Under the pieces are notes generated by a model, which did not search any database, was not told the origin of the DNA, and saw only the letters and a program-made list of their open reading frames with translations. From NCBI RefSeq assembly GCF_039654945.1, contig NW_027361690.1, forward strand, positions 19,406,001 through 19,470,000: DNA of 64,000 nucleotides. The letters are read 5' to 3'. Both the position numbers and the translations under genes were made by a program. Source of the DNA: Dendrobates tinctorius. Lineage: Eukaryota. Shown piece by piece: positions 27,501-40,945 of this stretch. Position 1 is the first letter of the stretch. Each line of letters opens with the position of its first letter.

Positions 27501-27684
27501 ATAATAGCCTAAAATGTGTCAGCAATGTTGTTCATGATGAAACGATTTTAGCAATAAAGCCTCAAGATTTTTGTGACTTAAATTCCTACGTTGGTGTTGG
27601 ATCTCTTTTGCTATGTATAAGTGAAGAGCTGCCCAGTTTTGTCTTTCACCAGAAAAACTGACCGAGAAGAGATTTTATTCTTGT

Positions 27685-27975
27685 TCACTACACACATTGT
27701 TAGTCTTGAATCATTGCCAGAATGGACAGCATGGATAGAGTGGTAGACTGAAATGAGGCAGGAAATGTAGGATGGTCCAGCACTGTGGAGAGTTTTGTGG
27801 GTGAGAGTAATAAGTTTAAATTGTACATGAAAGTAGGTGGGCAACCAGCGCAATGACTGGTACAGAAAAGAGGCATCTATATAGCAGCTGGACAAACATA
27901 TGAGCGTGGATGCTGCATCCAGGATAGACTGGAGAGGGGTGAGTTTAGTGAGAGGAAGGCAAATCAGTAGTGTGA
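27685..27975 (-). mobile_element. L2 LINE fragment
   Basis: Translates to LTKLTPLQSILDAA...LRWLP...FKLITLTHK, matching the 54905-55920 copy. Confidence 0.8.
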
Positions 27976-28417
27976 TATACTTATGGCTCATTTATGTTGA
28001 ATCACTATATTTATCTAACAAGTCTTTTAAAAGATTTAATAACCACAAACTATTTATGGATAGGTGACATGCACTGGTTGACAGCTGGCCATATTCATTA
28101 CATTAGTGTTGGAGATTACCAATAACAAGTGTATAAGCATCACTCTAGGATCCACACGATCCCTTGTTCTTCTGGCGATAAACACTGCTAGACATGTCAT
28201 AGGGAGTGGCCTTCTACCCAGTATTTCCCGCTCTAGTATGTTAGTCTTAGACACTCATATATTTCTTTTCTAAATCCCTGCTCCCTGTTCTAAACTCTAA
28301 GGTCTTACCACCGATGTGGAGGTGATGTCAAATATGCCGTTGGTAATACTTAATGTAAATTCAGCAACTCTTTGCCACAGATTGAAACAAGTCAATATAC
28401 CAATCAATAAGACATAC

Positions 28418-28543
28418 CAATGCAATTTTTTCCAGTGTTGTCCACGTCATATCCAAAATTACAGATGCATTTGTATGTGCCACGGAGGTTTTCGCATATT
28501 CCATTCTGACAAATATCAGGATTTAAAGCACATTCATTGATAT
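28418..28543 (-). CDS. fbn1: fbn1 exon ~18: cbEGF7 ([42 protein letters not shown])
   Basis: 126 bp, AG/GT. Confidence 0.96.
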
Positions 28544-28814
28544 CTGAAAGAAAGTGTTACAGTTTGAGTATAATAATAGCTTAAATGTAAAAAATTATGA
28601 ATGATTTTTACACTTCAGTTTGATTTTAACCCGTCAATTATTTATGGCACTCATAGATCTTCTTTACTATTTATTGGAGCCAAGAGTTTCAAGGGCTTGT
28701 ATGAGAGTTAAATAAAAGCAAAAAGATTGAGGCATGCTCCCTTTATGGCTAAACTTATACTGCATAATGTAACTTATTTGCATACATACAACTTTGAGGG
28801 TGATCAATGAGCCG

Positions 28815-28985
28815 AACAGGCTGCCAAGAGAGGTGGTGAGTTCTCCTTAAATGGAAATCTTCAAACAGAGGCTGAACAGACATCTGTCTGAGATGGTTTA
28901 GTGAAGCCTGCATTGAGCAGGGGGTTGGCCACGATGACCCTGGAGGTCCCTTCCAACCTTAACATTTTATGATTCTATTATTCTA
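28815..28985 (+). mobile_element. CR1 LINE 3' end
   Basis: ...GATGACCCTGGAGGTCCCTTCCAACC...ATGATTCTATTATTCTA, a typical CR1 terminus. Confidence 0.8.
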
Positions 28986-31014
28986 ACTTCCATTTTTACT
29001 TTTCATCTAAAGGTGATATATAAAAGCACACTAATATAATATACAGTATAATGTACCAGTGCAGCTACTAATGTGGCATATTTGTGCAATATTTCAAGTA
29101 AGCAAGGAATGTGTGACAGAAAAAGTGTCTTTGGTTGGGTTCAAAACTCAGAAAAAGGTGTAGGTCTTGAAGTTAGAGGAGAGACGAGAGTGCTCCATCT
29201 CCGTACAGGTAATTCATGCCTTGGGCTGTCTAAGGAGCTTGATAAGGAGCCAGCTTTAAAAAGGTTGTGATTCAATGACACGTTGCTCCAAGGATGAGGA
29301 GCAGGCACTGACAACTTGTGTGGACAATTTGATCGTGACCATAAGGAATGGTTTGGAGAACATGTTGTGTTTTGAGGTGCTACCTTATAAGCTCAGAGCC
29401 TATGAAAGAAATAATAAAAATATGTAGTTAGTGGACAGTTGGCCCAAGTTTTTCTTTTTTATGGTGTGATGTGTGTGCTCTGAGACATTTGCCTCTCCTT
29501 GTTGATTAATAAAGGTGACTGCAACATGCCTACACAGCTGGTATTTTAACAATGATTCTAACATTATAAGTGGGTTTCTCCAAAAGGATTGCTTTTGGAT
29601 GAGGATTTATGACATTAATATTAGACTGGGGTACATTAGATCCACCAAATTAAGTTACGCTACCAGTCCATTCACAAGCAGGTCGAATCACCAGGAAATA
29701 CTAATAGTCTATTTGTGAAATAATCCTAAAATCCAGTAGATGATTTTGGGTACTGTAGTGGTTGAGCCTGATTACTGGGTCCGAGCAGAATGGATAATTC
29801 TTCTGGTCTTCAGAGTAACAACTACAAACAAGGAAACCTAAGGAATTCACTATTTGTTGCCAAAATGTCTACTGATCTTTGGTAGATCAATATCAATATC
29901 ATTCTGGATCTATTAGTTGGTAGAACTTAACCAAAGCCAATAAAATTCTCTTTACTTAGACTTTTCAGACCCATTTGCAGGTAAGATTTACCAGTCTCAT
30001 AGTGTTATATAAATCAGTTCGCCACAATTGCAATTTACGGCACCATAAATTTGACACCTTTGATGGACACATTTTCTAGCTGAGCCCCTATTTGCCTGGT
30101 TTCCCTCACATGTTTGTTTGGAACACTCAGTTACTTTTAGTTCTTTTAAACTATACTTCATGTCTTCTCGTGATAAGCAGACATATTACCAGGATATTAC
30201 TTCTGGCAACCTTCCTGGTCCTAAGAATTCTATTTATATACAATATGTAATTACATTGTTTTGCACCAAATGGATTCTATAATTGATCCTTTTTAATTAC
30301 TTTCTTCTGTTTTATGGAAAGAAAAACTACACAAAGAATGTCGCATAAACAAACCAGTGGCTGGAAAAATAAGGAAGCAAAAAAAATATGAAATGGTTTT
30401 AATTAGCTGCCTTTAAAATAGCAGGGTTTTAATGTTTCTAAGACAAAATTCAGGTAATCTTCAGCCATTGTCAAAGTGCTACATCGAAACACCATGCTGC
30501 ACAATATGCATTCATAGTCAAGTATACAGTGTGTCCCTGAGCAAGCAAGTTTTAGGCTCACACCTTTCTGGAAGTGTTTCTGAAATTTTCTGTGGAAACA
30601 ATAGCATAATCTGCATTGCGTTTCTTGGAATCACCAACCAAAAATCTACAAAATCCATCAGGATTAATTAAGATTCATATACTAGTGTAAATTAGGTAAT
30701 TAAAATGTGGTTTGGTAGAACTGCAGGGCTTCCAGATGTTACAGACCTACCAATGCTGACATTACGGCCTTGGACAGCAGCCTGGATCTTCCATTAAAGG
30801 ACACCTAAGGTTTGGATCTTTAAGGCCAAGAAAAATTACTGGCATTCTCACACATAAAACTTTTATGTTAGATGATTGATGAAACCAGATTTCCTAACCA
30901 TGCTGTGCTTCTCCAGGGGAGACACATGCAGATCATAATCCTTTTCTGTTCTGATTCTGGGCTACATATTTTAGGTGACCTGTACTAATATTTCAGCATA
31001 GCAGTCATACATAC

Positions 31015-31068
31015 CAGTTCCTTGAGATGTTATTCCTGGTCCACTGCTGCATAAAGCTTGATATTCCT
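31015..31068 (-). CDS. fbn1: fbn1 exon ~17: TB2 C-terminal part (EEYQALCSSGPGITSQGT)
   Basis: 54 bp, ttttcag acceptor and gtatgt donor. Confidence 0.93.
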
Positions 31069-31339
31069 CTGAAAACAAAAGAAATACATTTGTAGCCTGT
31101 TGTAAAGGAATCCCACATCTCAGAAACGCGACAGTTAAAGTGGCATGCAAAAGTATCCAACCCCTTCACTTTTTACCTATTTTGTTACATCACAACCTGT
31201 GTAATGTCAGTATATACGCTACACCTATTCTGAAAGGAAACAGAGGCTGCAACACCATTAAGCAAGAGGCACCACTAACCAAACACCACCATGAAGACCA
31301 AGGAGATCTCCAAACAAGTCAGGGACAAAGACAAAAAAT

Positions 31340-31922
31340 GTTCATTTTTTCCTTCCACATTGCTTTAATTCTCGTAAAGCACCTGAAGGGTTAATAAACT
31401 TCTTGAATGTGGTTTTGTGCACCTTGAGGGGTGCAGTTTTTAGAATGGTGTCACTTTTGGGTATTTTCTGTAATATTGACCCCCAAACTCACTGCAAATG
31501 TGAGGCGGTCCCTGAAAAAATGTTTTTGTAAATCGCTGGTCAAATTTTAATCCTTATAACGTCCTAACAAAAAAAAATGATGTTTCCAAAATTGTGCTGC
31601 TGTAAAGTTGACATGTGGGAATGTTATTTATTAACTATTTTGTGTGACATAGCTCTCTGATTTAAGGGTACAAATATTAAAAGTTTGAAAATTGCAAAAT
31701 TTTCAAAATTTTTGCCAAATCTCCGTTTTTTTTCATAAATAAACGCAAGTTATATCGTAGGAATTTTACCACTAACATGAAGTACAATATGTCACAAAAA
31801 AAATCTTAGAATCGTTGTTATATGCTCAAGCATTCTAGAGCTATAACCTCATAAAGTGACACTGGTCAGAATTGTAAAAATTGGCTTGGTCATGAAGTAC
31901 CAAATTGGCTCCTTCACTTAGG
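31340..31922. mobile_element. Fragment of a second TTAA-type DNA transposon family
   Basis: Inverted similarity to 45130-45700; same terminus as 63160-63313. Confidence 0.65.
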
Positions 31923-32610
31923 AGATATATATAGGTGTAAGGGGATTGCCAAACATAGTATAAGGTAATTATAAAGTGCCACATGTGCATGTAAGAAAAT
32001 AGTATAATTGCCTCTCACGCATGATTTATGCCAGACCAGGCAATCCCCTTACACCTATATATACGGTATATTTGGTCTCTGGTGTAAAGAGTGGATATTA
32101 CCAAATACTATGACGTCTCCTCTTTTCCCATTTTTATGGTTCTTCAGGGAGCACCTTAGTACATGCATATACTCTTGGCATTGAGCAATATACATTGTAA
32201 TATATTATTACCTGGGTGTCTGGGGTTCTCCTACTTGTTTGTATTTTATGCCTTCCTTTGCTACATGATTGTACTGCTGCCCGCCTATCTTTTAATATAA
32301 AACAATTTTTGATGTATGGATTTGATTCACTATTTGTACTATCTTGTCTATGTGTACTTTTTGATTAATAAAGATATTTTGTACTTTTTGACATAGCAAG
32401 TCCTTGATACTTAGATGCATTCTTCTGAGGTCAATCTATACCATTACTGGGATCTTTAAACTCTCTATGGTTCTTATTCATTGTCTATCGCTTCTCTGAG
32501 AGTATCCTTTGTCAAGGAATATGCATTTTGCTTTACTGAATCAGTTCCGGTATGTCCTTATAATTTCTGTACACAAGCAGTAACTTTGCCTTCAAAAGAA
32601 CACTTCTTAC

Positions 32611-32763
32611 CTGAAGTTTTTATAGGGCAAGGTCGGCATGGTTCACCAAAAGCAAATTCTGTGCTGGCACAGCAGCACTCGGATTTTGTCACAGCGCCCA
32701 GTAGAGGTTGAACGCACTGACCTCTCTTGTAGCCACCATAACAAGTGCTCCTCATGTGAGTGT
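32611..32763 (-). CDS. fbn1: fbn1 exon ~16: TB2 ([51 protein letters not shown])
   Basis: 153 bp, AG/GT, CCC motif. Confidence 0.96.
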
Positions 32764-32913
32764 CTGCAATATATACGGAAAGGTGTTGATATCATCAATG
32801 GATTCATAGGTTTGTACAAAACCTCCCCAGATGTGCAATTCACATTTTTCCTATTTTTCTGATATAGGGCATTAGCATAGTTGCATAATTTTCGCCTGCT
32901 TGCTTCTGATTAA

Positions 32914-33424
32914 GGCTATGTTCACACGTTGCGTTGTTTCACCGTTTTGTTTAAGGCATTTTTTTAATGCAAAATGTCAGTTGCATTTTATAGTACCAGC
33001 AAAATCTATGAGATTTCAGAAATCTCATGCACACAGCTTGGTTTTTTGTCCTCATTGTTTTGTGAGATACCTTGGTTTTTACAGAATGCAGCATGTCACT
33101 TCTTTCATCGTTTTTTCGGCGTTTTTCACCCACTGAAAGTAATTGGGTGGTGGAAAAAACATTACAAAAATGCATGTATTGGGTTTTGCTGCATTTTTGG
33201 TGTCAAAACCTGATGAAGTAGAAACAGATGTTTGTTTTGACACTAAGCTTTATCAGCATGTGCAAGAGACAATGGTACCCTGACAAAAACGTAGGAAAAA
33301 AGTGCATCAAAAATACAACAAAAACTAAAAAAATCTGCTTTTTGTGGCAAGTTTCTTACTGCCAAGAGAGCAGGTTTTGCCTCAGGAGAAAAATTCCGCA
33401 AAAACGCAATGTTTGAACATGGCC
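32914..33424. mobile_element. Palindromic MITE (Harbinger- or Kolobok-like)
   Basis: TTAA GGCTATGTTCACACGTTGCG ... CGCAATGTTTGAACATGGCC TTAA. Confidence 0.75.
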
Positions 33425-34611
33425 TTAAAAGGCTGCCAAAGTGAAATTTTGAATCTCATCATAAATTTGCTTTCAATGCCAGATACCATTTCTATGCTTT
33501 TTTATTAGCCAGATTATATGGCACAGTTCTCTATACTGGCCTGTGCCTCTTTGCTGCTGTGTTACTGTTCTGGACCTTGTATTGTTTGACCTCTGCTCTC
33601 CATGTGTCACATGGTTCTATACTAAAATGTCCATTACCTACATGTCTAGAACGCAGAGTTGGTTTCTGTTTTTATTATATTATTATTACATTGTATGTAG
33701 GATGCTATGCTGACATGTTAATACCCCAGGTAAGCACATAGATGCAGACGTGCAGCTAGGTAACTGATACAGCTACAGATAACTGGAATGGGGAAAGATA
33801 TAGCTTTGGCTGTGGAATAATTATAGGTGCTGGATGTGATATGGGGGGTGTCTAGTATATCAAAAAGATCTGTTCTTATCTGACTATAGTGCACAGCAAA
33901 TGATGCACGCATATCATCTGCAAGAGCCAGTTCTGTAGAGGCTTTATTGATCGCACTAATGAAATGTTACATTGATACGCGAGGCCAAATACCAGCCAAA
34001 CACTTGTTATATTCCACAGAATATGAGTGCTTGCTGAATATGTGGATCCCTTTATGGCAGGGGTGGAACCTTCGGCCCGCGGGCCGTACCATGATGTCTT
34101 TTTCTCCAGCTCCCGGCAGATTCCTTGGGATTGCAGTGTGGTGCCTTTAATTGTTTCTGACACTGCGAGAATGCTCATGCAGCTTTCACTCTTGAACGCT
34201 GAGGCTCATGAAATCAATAATTACTGTGATGCATAAGCCACCAGCCTCTCCTGTGATGTATATGCCCCAGAGTCTCCTGTGATGTATATGCCCCAGTGTC
34301 TCCTGTGATGTATATGCCCCAGTGTCTCCTGAGATGTATATGCCCCAGCGTCTCCTGTGATGTATATGCCACCAGTGCCTCCTGTGATGTATATGCTCCC
34401 CAGCGTCTCTTGTGATGTAATGTATATACCCCCAGGGTCTACTGCTATGTATATGCCCCAGAGTCTCCTGAGATGTATATGCTCCCCAGCGTCTCCTGTG
34501 ATGTATATGCCCCAGCGTCTCCTGTGCTGTATATGCCCCAGCGTCTCCTGTAATGGATATGCCTCAGCGTCTCCTGTGATTCATATGCCCCAGTGTCTAC
34601 TGTGATGTATA

Positions 34612-36524
34612 CAGGCTCGGACTGGGCCACCGGAGGATTCTCCGGTGGGCCCAGGCACTTATACCTGCTAGCATACTGGCCAGCAGGTGCCTAGGGCTCC
34701 CACTGCTCCAAGGGCCCCCCACTGCTCAAGGGGCCCCCAAGTCAGTGGCTATGGGGCCCCTGAGTCAAGGGGGCCCGCCCTGTGCCAGCTAGCAGCAGCG
34801 GGAGACAGCATCCTGTCCCCGCTGCTAAAGCAAAATGAATATTCACGCTTGTCCACGCCCCTATGGGCGTGGAGAGGCATGTATACCTTTCCTCTTTAAT
34901 ATCGGGCAGCCTATCCCCACCACCGCACCACACACACAGCAAGGCATCACTCTCTCACACAGCACCGAATCACTCTCTCACACTCACACACACCGCACCA
35001 CATACACACGCAGACACACAGCACAGCTCACTTCCCCGCAGCTGCAGCACATCCCGGCTTTCTGGGCGGTTCCTGTCTGAGACAGCCCAGTTGGATGACG
35101 TCATCATCCAGCATGCTGTCTCAGAAAGCTGCCGGTGAGAAAGAGGCTTCCGGGATGTGCTGCTGCTGCGGGGAGGTGAGCTGTGCTGTGTGTCTGCACG
35201 TGTATGTGGTGCGGTGTGTGTGTGAGAGTGATGCGGTGCTGTGTGTGTGTGAGAGTGATGCGGTGCTGTGTGTGTGTGATGCGTTGCTGTGTGTGAGTGA
35301 GTGATGGGGATCGGTGCTGTGTGTGTGTGAGTGGGGTGGTGAGGAAGGACAATGATATTGGTGGGGGGAGGCAATGATGGAGGTGATGGGCAATGATGGC
35401 AGTGGGGGAGACAATGATGGAGGTAATGGACAATGATATTGGTGGGGCAGGCAATGATGGAGGTGATGGGCAATGATGGAGGTGATAGGCAATGATGATG
35501 GCAGGGGAGGCAATGATGGAGGTGTTGGGCAATGATGGAGGTGATGAGCAATGATGGAGGTGATGGGAGGCAATGATGGAGGTGATGGGAGGCAATGATG
35601 GAGGTGATGGGCAATGATGGTGGGGGGAGGCAATGATGGAGGTGATGGGCAATGATTGGTCGGGGAGGCAATGATGGAGGTGGGGAAAGCAATAATGGTG
35701 GTGGGGAGAGTCAATAATGTAATGGAGGTGATGGGCAATGATGGTGGTGGGGGAGGCAATGATGGAGGTGAAGGACAATGATGGTGGTGGGGGGAGGGAA
35801 TGATTGAGGTGATGAAATGGACAATGATGGTGGGGAGGAGGCAATGATTGAGGTGGTGGAATGGGCAGTGATGGGGTGGTGGGGGAGAAGGCAATGATGG
35901 AGGTGGTGATGAGGACAATGATGGGAGTGGAGAGGGGCTGCATTATATTCTGTGGGGGACTGCATTATTCTCAGGGGACTACATTATATTCTGGGGGGCT
36001 ACAGTATACTCTATGGGGGGCTGCATTATATTCTGTGGTGGGGCTGCATTATTCTCTCAGGGGACTACATTATATCCTGGGGGGCAGCATTATGCCCCAT
36101 TTTTGGCTACAGTATACTCTATGGGGGGCTGCATTATATTCTGTGTTGGTGCTGCATTATATTATATGAGGGGGCTGCATTATACCCTATGAGGGTGCTA
36201 CATTATATTCTATGGTGGTGACTGTGTTATACCTTATGAGGGGGTTGCATTATATTTTGTGGGGTGCTGCATTATACCCTATGAGGTGGGCTGCATTATA
36301 TTTTATGAGGGAGGCTGCATTATATTCTATGAGGGGGCTACCCCTCTATGATTTTACCCCAACCCCTGCAATATAATTAAGATGTGTACTACCTTATATT
36401 CTACCCTGATATTAGCGTGTTTTACCACACAATTGGTGGTCTTGTATTTATTTCTATGTAGCTACATAGTGGGCCTCAAGAATAATTTTCTCTGGTGGGC
36501 CCAATGTGCTCCAGTCCGACGCTG
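34612..36524. mobile_element. hAT-like non-autonomous element with internal tandem repeats
   Basis: TIRs CAGGCTCGGACTGG / CCAGTCCGACGCTG; 8-bp TSD GATGTATA; internal GGCAATGATGGAGGTGATG (~35340-35930) and GGGGCTGCATTATATTCT (~35930-36340) arrays. Confidence 0.88.
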
Positions 36525-37714
36525 GATGTATATGCCTCAGCGTCTCCTGTGATGTTTATTCCCCAGCATCTCCTGTGTTGTATATGCCCCCAGCATCTCC
36601 TGTGATGTATATGCCCCAGCGTCTCCTGTGATGTATATGCACCCAGTGTCTCCTGTGATGTACATGCCACCAGTGCCTCCTGTGACGTATATGCTCCCCA
36701 GCGTCTCCTGTGATGTATATGCCCCCAGTGTCTCTTGTGATGTATATGCTCCAGCATTTCCTGTGTTGTATATGCCCCCAGCATCTCCTGTGATGTATAT
36801 GCCCCAGTGTCTCCTGTGATGCATATGCCCCAGTGTCTACTGTGATGTATATGCCCACAGCATCTCCTGTGATGTATATGCCCCCAGTGTCTCCTGTAAT
36901 GTATATGCCCCAGCGTTTATGTGATGTATATGCCACGAGTGCCTCCTGTGATGTATATGCCCCCAGCGTTTCCTATGATGTGTATGCCACCATTATCTCC
37001 TGTGATGTATATGCTCCCAGGGTCTACTGCTATGTATATGCCCCAGTGTCTCCTGTGATGTATAAGCCCCCAGCATCTACTGTGATGTATACACCACTAG
37101 TGTCTCCTGCGAAGTATATATCCCAGCGTCTACTGCTATGTATTTACCCCAGCATCTCCTGTGATGTATACGCCCCCAGCATCTACTGTAATGTATATGC
37201 CACCAGTGTCTCCTGTGATATATATGCCCCCAGTGTCTCCTGTGATATATATGCCCCCAGTGTCTCCTGTGATATATATGCCCCCCAGTGTTTCCTGTGA
37301 TGTATTTGCCACCAGTGTCTCCTGTGATGTATATGCCATATGCCCCCAGCTTCTCCTGTGATGTATATGCCCCCAGTGTCTCCTGTGATGCATATGCCCC
37401 CACCGTCTCCTGTGGTGTATATGCCACCAGTATCTCCTGTGATGTATATGCCCCCAGGGTCTACTACTATATATATGGCCCAGTGTCTCCTGTGATGTAT
37501 ATGCCCTCAGCACCTACTGTGATGTATACGCCACCAGTGTCTCCTGTGATGTATATACCCCCAGCGTCTACTGCTATGTATATGCCCCGCGTCTCCTGTG
37601 ATGCATACGCCCCCAGCGTCTACTGTGTTGCATATGCCCCCAGCGTCTACTGTGATGTATATGCCCCCCAGTGTTTCCTGTGATGTATTTGTCACCAGTG
37701 TCTCCTGTGATGTA

Positions 37715-39260
37715 CAGTACAAACCAAAAGTTTGGATACACCTTCTCATTCAAAGTGTGTTCATTATTTTCATGACTATGAAAATTGTAGATTCACTCTG
37801 AAGGCATCAAAACTATGAATTAACACATGTGAAATTATATAATTAACACAACAGTGTGAAACAACTGAAAATATGTCATATATTCTAGGTTCTTCAAAGT
37901 AGCCACCTTTTGCTTTGATTACTGCTTTGCACACTCTTGGCATTCTCTTGATGAGCTTCAAGAGGTAGTCACCGGAAATGGTTTTCACTTCACAGGTGTG
38001 CCCTGTCAGGTTTAATAGGTGGAATATCTTGCCTTATAAATGGGGTTGGGATCATCAGTTGTGTTGTGCAGAAGTCTGGTGGATACACAGCTGATAGTCC
38101 TACTGAATAGACTGTTAGAAATTGTATTATGGCAAGAAAAAAGCAGCTAAGCAAAGAGAAACGAGTGGCCATCATTACTTAAAGAAATGAAGGTCAGTCA
38201 GTCCAAAAAATTGGGAAAACTCTGAAAGTGTCCCCAAGTGCAGTGGCAAAAACCATCAAGCGCTACAAAGAAACTGGCTCACATGAGGACCGCCCCAGGA
38301 AAGGAAGACCAAGAGTCACCTCTGTTGCAGAGGATAAGTTCATCCGAGTCACCAGCCTCAGAAATCGCAGGTTAACAGCAGCTCAGATTAGAGATCAGGT
38401 CAATGCCACACAGAGTTCCAGCAGCAGACACATCTCTACAACAACTGTTAAGAGGAGACTTTGTGCAGCAGGCCTTCATGGTAAAATAGCTGCTAGGAAA
38501 CCACTGCTAAGGACAGGCAACAAGCAGAAGAGAAATCTGTGCTTTGGTCTGATGAGTCCAAATTTGAGATCTTTGGCTCCAACCACCGTGTCTTTGTGCG
38601 ACGCAGAAAAGGTGAATGGATGGACATGCCTGGTTCCCACCATGAAGCATGGAGGAGGAGGTGTGATGGTGTGGGGGTGCTTTGCTGGTCACACTGTTGG
38701 GGATTTATTCAAAATTGAAGGCATACTGAACCAGCATGGCTACCACAGCATCTTGCAGCGGCATGCTATTCCATCCGATTTGCGTTTAGTTGGACCATCA
38801 TTTATTTTCCAACAGGCCAATGACCCCAAACACACCTCCAGGCTGTGTAAGGGCTGTTTGACCAAGAAGGAGAGTGATGGGGTGCTACGCCAGATGACCT
38901 GGCCTCCACAGTCATCAGATGAGATGGTTTGGGGTGATCTGGACCGCAGAGTGAAGGCAAAAGGGCCAACAAGTGCTAAGCATCTCTGGGAACTCCTTCA
39001 AGACTGTTGGAAGACCATTTCCGGTGACTACCTCTTGAAGCTCATCAAGAGTGTCCAAAGCAGTAATCAAAGCAAAAGGTGGCTACTTAGAAGAACCTAG
39101 AATATAAGACATATTTTCACTTGTTTCACACTTTCTTGTTAATTATATAATTCCACATGTGTTAATTCATAGTTTTGATGCCTTCAGAGTGAATCTACAA
39201 TTTTCATAATCATGAAAATAAAGAAAACTCTTTGAATGAGAAGGTGTGTCTAAACTTTTG
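37715..39260 (+). mobile_element. Tc1 transposon with long TIRs; transposase pseudogene
   Basis: TA|CAGTACAAACCAAAAG start; ATG 38129 followed by early TAA; GRPR, KHGGGGVMVWGCF, FQQANDPKH and WPPQS motifs; right TIR lacks its last ~10 bp. Confidence 0.93.
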
Positions 39261-39905
39261 TGATGTATTTGCCCCCTGCGTCACCTGTGATGTATATGCC
39301 ACCAGCGTCTCCGGTGATGTATTTCACCCCCTACGTTTCCTGTGATGTATATGCCGCCAGAGTCTCCCGTGATGCATATGCCCCAGCATCTCCTGTGATG
39401 TATATACCCCCAGCATATCCTGTGATGTATATGCTCCCCAGCATCTACTGTGATGTATATGTCCCCAGCATCTCCTGTGATGTATGTGTTCCAACCCCAA
39501 TATATCCTATATGATGTATATGCCCAAGTCCCAACCTTTACTGTGAGATGTATATGCTCCAGTCCAAACGTCTCTAGTGTGATGTATATGCTGCAGCCCC
39601 GGGTGTCTCCTGTGTGATATATATAGAGCAGTCTCAGTGTCTCCTATGTGATGTATAAAGAGCAGTCTCGGTGTCACATTTGTGATGTATATACTACAGA
39701 CCCCCCCCCCTGCTTGAGATCTAGAAATTAAAATGTCACATGAGCAGTGATGAATTTCCCACTATGAGGAGACGTAATGTAATGTACATCTGTGTTCAGA
39801 ATTTACTGTTGCAAGTTCTTTTCAAAATTAATTGCAAAGACTCGACTGCGCTCCAGACGGATGCAAATCTGGAAATTCAGTTGCAAATAGCAACATCATT
39901 AATAC

Positions 39906-40487
39906 TGTCATGATCCAGGACGGGATTTCGCTTTGACCCGTCCTGGTTAGACTATGGGTTAATTGTACAGCCTCTCTCTGGCAGCAGGAGGCTATTTAGC
40001 GTTCACTGGACCTGGGTCCGGTGTCAGTTATACTCCTGCCCTCGGCTGAGTTAAGTGACCTCTTGTATACGTGTGCCTTGTGCCTGATATCTTGCTTGTT
40101 TGTTCGGTTGTGATCTGGTTCTGTCCCTGTTATGAGTTCTGCCTGACCCTCTTGTACTGCGCTACCTCTCGTGTATGACTCTCTGCTTGTGACCCGACTT
40201 CTCTCTGCTCGTCCCCTTGGTACCACGTCGCCCTCTTGTGTATGACCCTTGGCTCTGTCTGACTACCCGTCTGTTCATCTCTCCTGTACCTCGTTTGCCC
40301 GTACTGTGTGTGACCTCTGTTTTGCCTGACTCTGAGTTGTTGTATGGTGTCCTGTCCTATCTGAATACAGGACGCTAAGCCCCGCCCCCTTGCAGTCACA
40401 TGACCATAGGTCCCGTGCACATTATTCAGTTTCAGTGTCCGCAGGTCCAATGCATCTTTACTTTCCAGCGCTGACTGGACCCTGACA
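39906..40487. mobile_element. Possible solo LTR
   Basis: TGTCA...TGACA ends, internal short CT-rich repeats; no TSD found. Confidence 0.35.
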
Positions 40488-40822
40488 CTATTATCCTGAA
40501 GCACGCATGGTCACCTCTGCTGCACACTCCACAGGTATCTTTTAGCACTGCTTCTGTACTCAGGACACGCGCACTGGCTCTATGAGCAAGTGCAGTGCGG
40601 TGTCTCTGACAAATACCACCTAACATCACACACCTCACCTAAGTAATGATGGGCTCTCCGAATGAATTTATACACAATCATTCGGCTTCAATTGTGAATA
40701 TGGTCCAGCTTCTTGTTAACCTTTGTTGTCAATAAATCATTCCTCAGTTCTATAAACTCTAAATTAATAAAGTGGGCACTAAGTCAGTATCAGAAATGTA
40801 AAACGAAGAATATATATCTTAC

Positions 40823-40945
40823 CTACACACACACGTCCATCGAGTCCAACGGCAAGGCCAGGGAAACATTCGCACCTGAAGGAACCTTCTGTATTCACAC
40901 AATGGCCATTCATGCAAATGCCTGCTGTTTCACACTCATCGATAT
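40823..40945 (-). CDS. fbn1: fbn1 exon ~15: cbEGF6 ([41 protein letters not shown])
   Basis: 123 bp, AG/GT, manual translation. Confidence 0.96.

Larger units (their letters stand above)
34245..39690. repeat. ~27-28-bp minisatellite (CCCCAGTGTCTCCTGTGATGTATATGC) split into three blocks by a hAT and a Tc1 insertion
   Basis: Blocks ~34245-34611, 36525-37714 and 39261-39690. Confidence 0.93.

Noticed and set aside
33205-33240. CTGATGA-agta-GAAAC hammerhead-like string
   Set aside because: No stem II; it sits at the symmetry centre of a palindromic MITE, so the flanking pairing is explained by the MITE.
34357-37801. Many His/Pro/Tyr-rich ORFs
   Set aside because: Artefacts of tandem repeats.
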